Shown piece after piece: positions 50,888 to 58,341 of a stretch of 64,000 nt of DNA (the first letter of the stretch is position 1; every line of letters starts with the position of its first letter). Under the pieces are notes generated by a model, which saw only the letters and a program-made list of their open reading frames with translations, did not search any database and had not been told where the DNA came from. The position numbers and the translations under genes were made by a program. The stretch is from an uncultured Holophagales bacterium (GTDB lineage Bacteria; Acidobacteriota; Thermoanaerobaculia; Multivoradales; UBA5704): positions 416,001 through 480,000 of the forward strand of contig CAWJGT010000003.1 in the NCBI GenBank assembly GCA_963842525.1, given 5' to 3'.

Positions 50888-52113
50888 GGGGTCTCCTTGG
50901 GCTGTGCAAGGCCGGAGAGGAATTCGAGGGCCTCCCGCGAGCCGATCCGCGACAGGCCCTGGAGAGCGGCCCGCCTGAGCTCGGGATCGCGTTCGCCTCG
51001 GGCGATTGCGATCAACGCCTGGTCGCGGCGCTGGATGGCGAGCCCTTCGAGCGCCGCGCGGCGGAGCTCACGGTCGGTCTCGCGTTCGTAGATCGCGGTC
51101 AGGGCTTTCTCCAGCCGGCCGGCGTCGACTCCGCGCAGGCTGCCCAGGTGGCGCGCGGCGATCCTGCGCAGACTCTGCGGCTCGCGTCCGTCGGCGGCGA
51201 TGCGGGCCAGGTCTTCGAGCTGGCGTGCGGCGGCCATGGCGGTGAGGACCGCTTCCTTGTCCTGCGGGGCCGACCCGTACAGCTTCCGGAGCTGCTCCGC
51301 GGCCCGGCGTGTACCCAGCCATTGGATGGCGCTGCGGCGCAGGCCGGGGTCGCGCTCGCTCCGGGCGACCGCGAAAAGCCGCTCGACGTCGCCCGCCACC
51401 ATGAGGCCGTGGAGGGCCGCCGCCTTGACCTCCGGGTCGGTAGAGGAGCGATAGACCTCCTCGAGCAGGCGGCGGTTCTCCCCGCTGCCGAGGCTCCCCA
51501 GATGCCGGATCGCCTGGAGCTGGAGGCCGGGGAGGGTGGCACCGCGGGAGACCTCCGCCAGGAGCGTGCGTGCGCGCGGCGACGTGCACTGCGCGAGCAG
51601 GAGGAGGGCCTGCTCCTTGAGAGCCGGCGACGCATCGCTCCGCAGATAGCGGTCGAGCTGCTGCACCACGCGGTCCTGATCGGTATGGAGAAGGCTCGAC
51701 AGGGCGAGCAGCATGGATTCGTCGCCGGTCTGGGCTGATGAATCCACCGCCATGCCCGCGGCGAGCTGTATCTCCGTGCGCAGCGAGGCCGCGTCGTCGA
51801 GCCATGAGCTGCGTGGAGACGAGCGTTGCAGCTCGTCCAGCACGGCGAGCGCCAGGCGCCCCTTGCCTCCCTTGTGGAGTGCGTAGGCCCGCCAGTAGAG
51901 GGCGCCTTCGACACGGGGGCCGCGTTGCCGTGCCGCTCCGTCGAAGGCGCGCGCGGCCTCGTCCCAGCGGCTGCGGTTCAACAGGTCCATGCCCTGCTGA
52001 TAGAGCCGCTCCGCCGCCGCTCGATCCTCCCCGGCCTGCGGCGGCGTCAGGGGAGCTGCGGCGAGCCAGCAGGCGGACAGGAGAAGCCAGATTCCCAGTG
52101 CCGCCGTGCGCAT
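50884..52113 (-). CDS. Exported TPR + HEAT-repeat protein (~409 aa)
   Basis: Likely start is ATG 52113 (MRTAALGIWLLLSACWLAAA signal peptide), coupled to the anti-sigma stop by TGATG. TPR-like LYQQGMDLL...ALYWRAYAL is followed by HEAT repeats (AIRHLG, AIQWLG, ALQGLS). The track ORF starts too early (52605). Confidence 0.8.
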   Translation of the reverse strand: MRTAALGIWLLLSACWLAAAPLTPPQAGEDRAAAERLYQQGMDLLNRSRWDEAARAFDGAARQRGPRVEGALYWRAYALHKGGKGRLALAVLDELQRSSPRSSWLDDAASLRTEIQLAAGMAVDSSAQTGDESMLLALSSLLHTDQDRVVQQLDRYLRSDASPALKEQALLLLAQCTSPRARTLLAEVSRGATLPGLQLQAIRHLGSLGSGENRRLLEEVYRSSTDPEVKAAALHGLMVAGDVERLFAVARSERDPGLRRSAIQWLGTRRAAEQLRKLYGSAPQDKEAVLTAMAAARQLEDLARIAADGREPQSLRRIAARHLGSLRGVDAGRLEKALTAIYERETDRELRRAALEGLAIQRRDQALIAIARGERDPELRRAALQGLSRIGSREALEFLSGLAQPKETP

Positions 52114-52850
52114 CAGAGGCTCCTTTCCAGGGGCGTGATCCCCGCGGCCTGCAACCATTTCCGCTCGACGTCCTGCCGTGCGAGCCGCAGTTCGAAGAGC
52201 AGCCCATTGGCGTCGATCGAGGAGGCGAGAGCGGAGGCTCCCGGAGGCTGGTCGGCGCTGTGGGCCGCTTCGACCAGGACCAGCTCCAGCGCTTGGAGCG
52301 GCGGCAGCAGCCCGGGCTCCTGCCGCGCGGCGAGCTGGCGGTACAGCCGGTTGGCGGCCAGCAGCTCCTGGGCCCGGCTCCGCACGCCGGGAGAGCCGGC
52401 GGCGGGCTCGTTCAACAGCTCGACGAGCAGTCTTTGCGACCGCTCGAGATGCTCGTCGACGGCGTCGAAGAGGAGCACGTCGCGACGGGCGGCGATCTGC
52501 CCGCTGTCCGGGCGCGCCGTGCTGCGCCACCACAGGAGGCCCCCGCCGGCGGCGATCAGGAGCGAGGCGGCCAGGGCGGCCGCGAGGGTGCGGCGGGGCG
52601 CCCACCAGCCGAGCGGTGGCAGGTCCCGTTCGATCTCGGGCTGCAGGCGCCGCCAGACCCGTTCGCCGTAGCCCTCCTCCGGCTCGGGCGGCGGGGCTTC
52701 GTTCAGCAGGGCGAGCACCGCGCGCAGCTCCTCGTACGCGCTACGGCAGCTCTCGCACGTCCGCAGATGGGCGGCCGTGTCCGGGCTCTTCGTCTCGCCA
52801 TAGAAGAGCAGGATCATCTCCTCCTCGCGCAGGTGTCGCGGCGCGCTCAT
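52113..52850 (-). CDS. Zinc-binding (ZAS/zf-HC2) transmembrane anti-sigma factor
   Basis: N-terminal HxxxCxxC (AHLRTCESC), a single TM helix (LAAALAASLLIAAGGGLLWW), and a position directly after the ECF sigma gene (ATGA overlap). Confidence 0.85.
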   Translation of the reverse strand: MSAPRHLREEEMILLFYGETKSPDTAAHLRTCESCRSAYEELRAVLALLNEAPPPEPEEGYGERVWRRLQPEIERDLPPLGWWAPRRTLAAALAASLLIAAGGGLLWWRSTARPDSGQIAARRDVLLFDAVDEHLERSQRLLVELLNEPAAGSPGVRSRAQELLAANRLYRQLAARQEPGLLPPLQALELVLVEAAHSADQPPGASALASSIDANGLLFELRLARQDVERKWLQAAGITPLERSL

Positions 52851-53524
52851 CTCGGCCTCACCAGGGGGGTCAGGATCTGGCGCAGCTTGCGCACCGCCCG
52901 GAACACCGCCTGCTTGGCGGCGCCCTGGCTCAGACCCAGGGTCCGGCCGATCTCCTCGATCGGCATCGCCTCGACGTGACGGAGCAGGAAGGCGGTCCTC
53001 TCGCTGGCCGTCAGGCCGCAGAGGGCCGCGTCGATCCTGCGCTGCGCCTCGGCAGAGGTGGCGGCACGCTCGGGAGAGGCCGCCGTCGACGTCAATGCAT
53101 CGAGATCCCCGGCGGGCTCCTCGTCGAGAGAGGCCGCCGGCCCCGGGGCGCGCTGGCGTGTGCGCAGAAGGTCGCAGGCGCAGTTGATCGCGATCCGGTG
53201 CAGCCAGGTGCCGAAGGCGGCATCGCCTCCGAACTGCGGCAGGCGGCGATAGGCCCGCAGGAAGGTCTCCTGCACGACGTCCTCGGCGTCCTGCCGCTGC
53301 CGTGTGAGGCGATAGGCCAGGCGGAAGACCTCCGCGCTGTGGATCCTGACCAGCGCGGCGAAGGCCTCCATGTCGCCGCCTTGCGCGGCTGCGGGAAGCG
53401 CGGTGTCGCGTTTACGGTCGCGCCGCGCGGGCAGTTCGAATCGCTTCACGTCAAAACCCGCAATGGGTGTCAGCAGGACGCCGAGTCCCGCGGCCAAGAG
53501 CTGTGCGTTGTCCGAGCCGCGCAT
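52847..53524 (-). CDS. ECF sigma-70 family sigma factor
   Basis: Region 2: DAEDVVQETFLRAY...FGTWLHRIAIN. Region 4: LTASERTAFLLRH...IEEIGRTLGLSQGAAKQAVFRA. The exact start is uncertain. Confidence 0.92.
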   Translation of the reverse strand: MRGSDNAQLLAAGLGVLLTPIAGFDVKRFELPARRDRKRDTALPAAAQGGDMEAFAALVRIHSAEVFRLAYRLTRQRQDAEDVVQETFLRAYRRLPQFGGDAAFGTWLHRIAINCACDLLRTRQRAPGPAASLDEEPAGDLDALTSTAASPERAATSAEAQRRIDAALCGLTASERTAFLLRHVEAMPIEEIGRTLGLSQGAAKQAVFRAVRKLRQILTPLVRPR

Positions 53525-53530
53525 ACCAGG

Positions 53531-53558
53531 TTAGACGGTGGCGAGGCCAAACGGTTAG
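53531..53558 (-). promoter_or_regulatory. Putative ECF-type autoregulatory promoter CTAACC-N15-CGTCTAA
   Basis: The minus strand reads cctAACcgtttggcctcgccacCGTctaa cctggt ATG. This is an AAC-N16-CGT arrangement typical of ECF promoters, ending 6 nt before ATG 53524. Confidence 0.6.
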
Positions 53559-53587
53559 GTCGAGCTGCGAGCGGCTCTTTCTCTCTC

Positions 53588-53593
53588 TATAAT
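53588..53593 (+). promoter_or_regulatory. Putative sigma70 -10 box TATAAT for the cytochrome-TPR gene
   Basis: A perfect TATAAT in very GC-rich DNA, 9 nt before ATG 53603. No convincing -35 box. Confidence 0.5.
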
Positions 53594-53602
53594 AAGCGGC
53601 CC

Positions 53603-55888
53603 ATGCCACCCTTCCGTTCCGGGTCCTCCAGGCTGTGGCTCCGGGCCGCAGCGGCCCTGTTGGCGCTCCCCTGCACCCTGGCCGCAGCGGGGCTCCTCGC
53701 CGGGCTCGGGCGGGCCGACCAGGGCCCGGTCGCGGCCGGGTTCTCCAACCCTCCGGCACCGGCCTCGATGGCGGAGCAGGCCATGGGTGGGGAGCGCGGT
53801 CCCTTCTATCCCTCCGCCCTGAGTACCCGCGGCGGCGGCGTCCTGCCGGCGCAGGCAACTCCGCCACCCCAGGCCTGTGGCGGCTCCGGCTGCCATTCCG
53901 AGATCGTCGCCGCCTGGTCCTCGTCGGCCCATCGCTTCTCGGGCCTCGACAATCCGTGGTACCGGAAGACCTACGAAGAGATGAAGCGGCAGGCCGGCGC
54001 GGTCCCGGCGCGCTGGTGCAGCGGGTGTCACACCCCGGGGCTGCTCACCGCCGGCCTGGAGCAGCCGAACGAGGCCATGAGCGCAGCCGCCGCGGCTGTC
54101 TCCTGCACCGCGTGCCATCTGGTCTCGCGGGTCAATAGCTCGATGGGGCAGGCGGACTCCGAGCTCGAAGCCCCGCCGCCCGGCGCCCTGGCCGCGAGCC
54201 CGGACGGCAGGGAGTTGCTCGACCCCAGGCTGCACCGCCGGACGTATGGGAAGCCGCTGCTCGCGACGGCCGAGCTCTGCTCGACCTGTCACAAGGCCGC
54301 TGCCGACCGGCCGGTCAACGGCGGGCATTTTCTCAACGTGATGAACGACTACGACCCCTGGCAGGCGAACAGCAGCTCGGGCCAGGGGATCACGCAGTCG
54401 ATCCACTTCCCCGAGCCCAGGACCTGCGCCGACTGCCACATGCCCCTCATCCCGTCCAAGGATCCCGCGGCCCGCGGTGGACGGATCCACTCGCACCGTT
54501 TCGCCGCGGCCAATACCGGGCTGCCGGCGTTGCACGGCGACGCGGAGCAGTTGCGGCAGGTGATCGAGTACCTGAAGGCGGGCCAGGTCGGCGTCGACAT
54601 CTTTGCCATGGGCAAGGGACGGCCGCCCGGCGCGGGACCCGAATCGCGGGCGGAGCGGCTGGAGCACCTCTATGCTCCGCTGAACCGCCTGCGGGCCGCG
54701 GTGCGCCGAGGGGAGTCGACCCGCTTCGACGTGGTGCTGCGCACCCACGGCGTCGGCCACCTGTTCCCCGCCGGCAAGAATGTTTTCAAGGACTGCTGGG
54801 TCGAGCTCAAGGCCGTGGACAGCCGGGGCCGGACCGTCTTCTGGAGCGGCAAGGCGGACGAGAGCTGCGAGCTCGACCCTGGAGCTCACCGCGTGAGCAG
54901 CCTCTGGGTCGATGTGAACGGGCAGCCGGTCGAAGGCTACGAGGTCTGGAAAAGCCATGCTCGGATCTACACCCAGGCCGTCGAGCCGAATACGGGTTTC
55001 GTGGTGCGCTTCCGGGTCCCTGTGCCTGCCGACGCGGGCGACATGCTGACGCTCACCGCCCGCGTGCAGTACCGCAAGTTTCGCCTCGCGTTCACCCGCT
55101 GGGTGTTCGCCGGCGACGCCAGGGCGCCGCGCCTGCCCATCGTCACGATGGCCGAGGACTCCCTCACCCTGCCGGTCGTAGCGGCCGATGCCGAGCTGCC
55201 GGACATGAGCCGCGCCCAGGCCGAGCCCGAGACCACCGAAGCCGAGGCCGAGCGCTGGACCGACTATGGATACGGCCTCGCCGCCCGCGGGGACCTGCCG
55301 CTCTCGCGCAAGGTGCTCCAGAAGCTCGTCGCGCTCCGGCCCGCTGACCTCGAAGCTCGGACGACCCTGGGCAACATCGAATGGGCGCTGGGCGACCGCG
55401 GCCAGGCCAGGGCCACCTTCGATCGGGTGCTCGCGAGCCGGCCCGGCCACGCCCGCGCTCATTTCTATCTCGGCCTCCTGGAGCGCGACGAGTCCCGGTA
55501 CGACCATGCGCTCGAGCACCTGCGCGCCGCGGCTGCCGCCTTCCCGCACGAGGCCCTGATCTGGAAGGAGATCGGCCGTATCTCGTTCATGAGCGCGGAC
55601 TTCAAGGGAGCCGCCGAGGCCTTCGACAGGGCCCTTGCGATCGAGCCCCAGGACTCCGCGATCCACCTGATGATGTCGCAGGCGCAGCGCGCGTTGGGCA
55701 ACGCGGAGCGCTCACAGCGGCATCAACGGCTGTTCGAGCAGTACCGGCCGAGCTCCGAAGGGGGACGAGCGATCGGCGTCTATCTGGAGAAGGAGCCCCT
55801 CGCGGACGTCGAGCGCCGCCTGTTCCATGAGCATGGGTCCGTGCCGCTTGAAGGCACGGACCGGCCCGCGGCGGGTCACGGAGAATGA
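53603..55888 (+). CDS. Exported multiheme cytochrome c with C-terminal TPRs (~761 aa)
   Basis: In-frame ATG at 53603 within track ORF 52178..55888, with an N-terminal hydrophobic segment. Heme motifs CSGCH, CTACH, CSTCH, CADCH and atypical CGGSGCH. TPR-like helices at the C-terminus (AHFYLGLLE, AAEAFDRALAIEP). Confidence 0.85.
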   Translation: MPPFRSGSSRLWLRAAAALLALPCTLAAAGLLAGLGRADQGPVAAGFSNPPAPASMAEQAMGGERGPFYPSALSTRGGGVLPAQATPPPQACGGSGCHSEIVAAWSSSAHRFSGLDNPWYRKTYEEMKRQAGAVPARWCSGCHTPGLLTAGLEQPNEAMSAAAAAVSCTACHLVSRVNSSMGQADSELEAPPPGALAASPDGRELLDPRLHRRTYGKPLLATAELCSTCHKAAADRPVNGGHFLNVMNDYDPWQANSSSGQGITQSIHFPEPRTCADCHMPLIPSKDPAARGGRIHSHRFAAANTGLPALHGDAEQLRQVIEYLKAGQVGVDIFAMGKGRPPGAGPESRAERLEHLYAPLNRLRAAVRRGESTRFDVVLRTHGVGHLFPAGKNVFKDCWVELKAVDSRGRTVFWSGKADESCELDPGAHRVSSLWVDVNGQPVEGYEVWKSHARIYTQAVEPNTGFVVRFRVPVPADAGDMLTLTARVQYRKFRLAFTRWVFAGDARAPRLPIVTMAEDSLTLPVVAADAELPDMSRAQAEPETTEAEAERWTDYGYGLAARGDLPLSRKVLQKLVALRPADLEARTTLGNIEWALGDRGQARATFDRVLASRPGHARAHFYLGLLERDESRYDHALEHLRAAAAAFPHEALIWKEIGRISFMSADFKGAAEAFDRALAIEPQDSAIHLMMSQAQRALGNAERSQRHQRLFEQYRPSSEGGRAIGVYLEKEPLADVERRLFHEHGSVPLEGTDRPAAGHGE

Positions 55889-55892
55889 TGCG

Positions 55893-57608
55893 ATGAACGT
55901 TGCCCTGAACACGATGAAACGCTCGGCCGCCCGGCTCTCCTCGCTGGGGCTGGCCGCCTGCATCGCGGCGTGCACTGCCGCTTCCCCCGAGGTGAAACCG
56001 GCTGCGGCGGTGCTCCCGGCACCGTCGTCTCCAGCGCCTCGCGAGACGGAGCCCCTGCGGTACGTCGACGTGACCGCCGAGAGCGGAGTCCACTGGGTCC
56101 ACAACCATGGCGGCTTCGGGCAGCGGTGGCTGCCCGAGACGATCGGCCCCGGTGTCATCGTGCTGGACGCCGACGTGGACGGCCGGCTCGACATCCTCCT
56201 CGTCAATGGCCGCAACTTCCCGGGCAAGCCCGGCGAGGCCACGACCTCGGCGCTCTTCCTGAACCAGGGCGGGCTCAAGTTCAAGGACGCGACGCGTGAG
56301 GCGGGGCTTGGCTTCAGCGCCTACTGCCTCGGAGGCGCCGCCGGCGACATCGACAACGACGGAGATGCGGACGTCTACCTCGCCTGCCTCGGGCAGGACC
56401 TGCTGCTGCGCAACGAGGGGGGCCGCTTCCTCGACATCGGCCGGCAGGCCGGCCTGTCGCAGGAGTATGCATTCGGCGCCGCAGCGGCTTTCTTCGATGC
56501 CGATCACGACGGCTTCCTCGACGTCTACGCCACCCGGTACGCCACCTGGACCCCCGAAACCGACATCTTCTGTGCCATCGACGGCAAGACCAAGGTCTAC
56601 TGCACCCCGGCGATCTACAACGGCGCTCCCCAGCGCTACTACCGCAACCGGGGCGACGGCACCTTCGAGGACCGGACCCGCGAGGCCGGCCTGTATGTCA
56701 CCGACGGCAAGATGCTGGGCGTCCTGCCCTTCGATGCCGATGGCGACGGCTGGACGGACCTGGCGGTGGCCGGCGACAACTCGCCGAACCTGCTCTACCG
56801 CAACCTCGGCAACGGCAGCTTCGAGGAGGTCGGGCTCGTCTCGGGGGTCGCGATGTCGTTGGATGGCGGCCTGCGCGGAGGCATGGGGATCGACGCCGCC
56901 GATTACAACCGAACCGGCCGCCCAAGCCTCGCAATCACCTATTTCGTCAACGACATGACCGGTCTGTACCGGAACGAGGGCAACACGTTTTTCCTGGACG
57001 TCGGGCCGAGCTCGGAAGTGGGACGCAAGACCTACGCCACGGTGGGCTGGGGGTGTTTTTTCTTCGACTACGATCTGGACGGCTGGCTCGACTTCCTGGT
57101 GGCCAACGGGCATCTCGACGCCGACCGGCCCTCCCCGTATGCCCAGCCGCAGCAGCTCTTCCACAATCAAGGCCAGGGCAACTTCGTCGAGGTCACCGGC
57201 ACAACGGGCGGCGACCTGGCGCAGCCGATGGTGGGGCGGGGCGCGGCCTATGCCGACTTCGACGAGGACGGAGACCTGGACCTCGTGCTGACCGCGAACG
57301 GCGGGCCGGCGAAAGTCTTCGAGAACCGCGGCGCGGGGCACGGCAACTGGCTGCGGATCGGGCTCCAAGGGACGACCAGCAACCGCGACGGCCTCGGCGC
57401 CGAGGTCAAGATCACCGTGGGCGGCGCAACGCAGATCCAGTACGTCCACAGCGGCGGCAGCTACCTCTCGCAATCGCAGATCGACCCGACGTTCGGACTG
57501 GGGTCTGCCACGACGGTTGACGAAGTCGTCGTCCGCTGGCCTTCGGGCTCGATACAGAGGCTGACGGGCGTCAAGGCCAACCAGAGCATCAAGATCCGGG
57601 AGCCATAA
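55893..57608 (+). CDS. CRTAC1-family FG-GAP repeat / ASPIC-UnbV protein, probable lipoprotein
   Basis: Repeats DADVDGRLDI, DIDNDGDADV, DADHDGFLDV, DADGDGWTDL, DYDLDGWLDF and DFDEDGDLDL. ASPIC-UnbV C-terminus SGGSYLSQS...FGLG...VRWPSG. Lipobox-like LAACIAAC. Start is 55893 (GGAGA upstream) or 55914. Confidence 0.9.
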   Translation: MNVALNTMKRSAARLSSLGLAACIAACTAASPEVKPAAAVLPAPSSPAPRETEPLRYVDVTAESGVHWVHNHGGFGQRWLPETIGPGVIVLDADVDGRLDILLVNGRNFPGKPGEATTSALFLNQGGLKFKDATREAGLGFSAYCLGGAAGDIDNDGDADVYLACLGQDLLLRNEGGRFLDIGRQAGLSQEYAFGAAAAFFDADHDGFLDVYATRYATWTPETDIFCAIDGKTKVYCTPAIYNGAPQRYYRNRGDGTFEDRTREAGLYVTDGKMLGVLPFDADGDGWTDLAVAGDNSPNLLYRNLGNGSFEEVGLVSGVAMSLDGGLRGGMGIDAADYNRTGRPSLAITYFVNDMTGLYRNEGNTFFLDVGPSSEVGRKTYATVGWGCFFFDYDLDGWLDFLVANGHLDADRPSPYAQPQQLFHNQGQGNFVEVTGTTGGDLAQPMVGRGAAYADFDEDGDLDLVLTANGGPAKVFENRGAGHGNWLRIGLQGTTSNRDGLGAEVKITVGGATQIQYVHSGGSYLSQSQIDPTFGLGSATTVDEVVVRWPSGSIQRLTGVKANQSIKIREP

Positions 57609-57652
57609 GGGCCCGTCACGAAATAAGCAGAGTCGCCGCAGTTCCAACGCCG

Positions 57653-58094
57653 CGGAACGGACAGTCGCTACCGGTTCCGGCGCAACCCGCTCCGGCAAAC
57701 GGACAGTGCCGAGCAAAAGTCGGACAGTCCACGCCGGCAAACGGACAGTCCACGCCGCGGAACGGACAGTCTGTTCCATGGAACGGACAGTCCACTCCGA
57801 CCAATGGACAGTCCATGCCGCGGAACGGACAGTCTGTTCGGCGGAACGGGCAATCTGTTCCGCGGAACGGACAGTCTGTTTCGTCAGTCGGACAGTCCGC
57901 TCCGGCCAACGGACAGTCCGTTCCGGTCCAGTGACTGCCCGTTCCACGGAACAGACTGTCCGACTCGTGGCGCAAACTGTCCGTTCCGGTCTGGTGCACA
58001 GCCCGAAACCGGCGTGATCTGTCCATTTCGGAGCCGTGGACAGCGCCAGACCCGAGCTGACTGTCCGTTTGGGCTTGGTGGACAGTTAGAGGCG
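57653..58094. repeat. Tandem array of ~20 degenerate 21-bp palindromes, consensus CGGAACGGAC(A/T)GTCCGTTCCG
   Basis: The core (C/T)GGACAGT starts at 57658, 57700, 57721, 57742, 57763, 57784, 57805, 57826, 57868, 57889 and 57910, an exact 21-bp phase. Degenerate or inverted units continue in near-phase to ~58090. Confidence 0.92.
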
Positions 58095-58143
58095 GGTCCG
58101 ACCGTCCGCTGGCATTTTCTGCGCCGGGTATCTAGAATCGGGG

Positions 58144-58341
58144 TTGCCAAACCTCTGGCCGAACCAATACACCAACGAGAGGAACGTCCTCGCGCACTAC
58201 GAAGGAACCACGCGCGAGATCGCGGCGCTCGACCGGCGGTTGGCCTTCCTGATGGAGCTCCGGGGAGGAGACGACCTGCTGTTGCAACGATGGATCGATG
58301 AGGGCGCCGCGGTTGTGGCATCCGAAGGAGGTATGGCATGA
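58144..58341 (+). CDS. Short ORF or 3' remnant of a gene, translationally coupled to the downstream NRPS
   Basis: 65 aa from a TTG start (frame open from 58090). The sequence looks protein-like (NLWPNQYTNERNVLAHYEGTTREIAALDRRLAFLMEL), and its stop overlaps the NRPS start (ATGA). Family not recognised. Confidence 0.4.
   Translation: MPNLWPNQYTNERNVLAHYEGTTREIAALDRRLAFLMELRGGDDLLLQRWIDEGAAVVASEGGMA

Noticed and set aside
52178-53602. N-terminal 475 aa of track ORF 52178..55888
   Set aside because: Low-complexity sequence overlapping the minus-strand sigma and anti-sigma genes; the start at 53603 follows TATAAT and gives a signal-like N-terminus.
55602-57947. 781-aa minus-strand ORF with RTVR repeats
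   Set aside because: Antisense to the CRTAC1 gene; its repeats are simply a translation of the palindrome array.
57653-58094. CRISPR array
   Set aside because: The 21-bp units are contiguous and degenerate with no unique spacers, and no cas genes are in the window.
58189-58230. HYEGTTREI resembling the acyl-CoA dehydrogenase C-terminal IYEGT motif
   Set aside because: Too short, and the surrounding residues do not fit; no family assigned.
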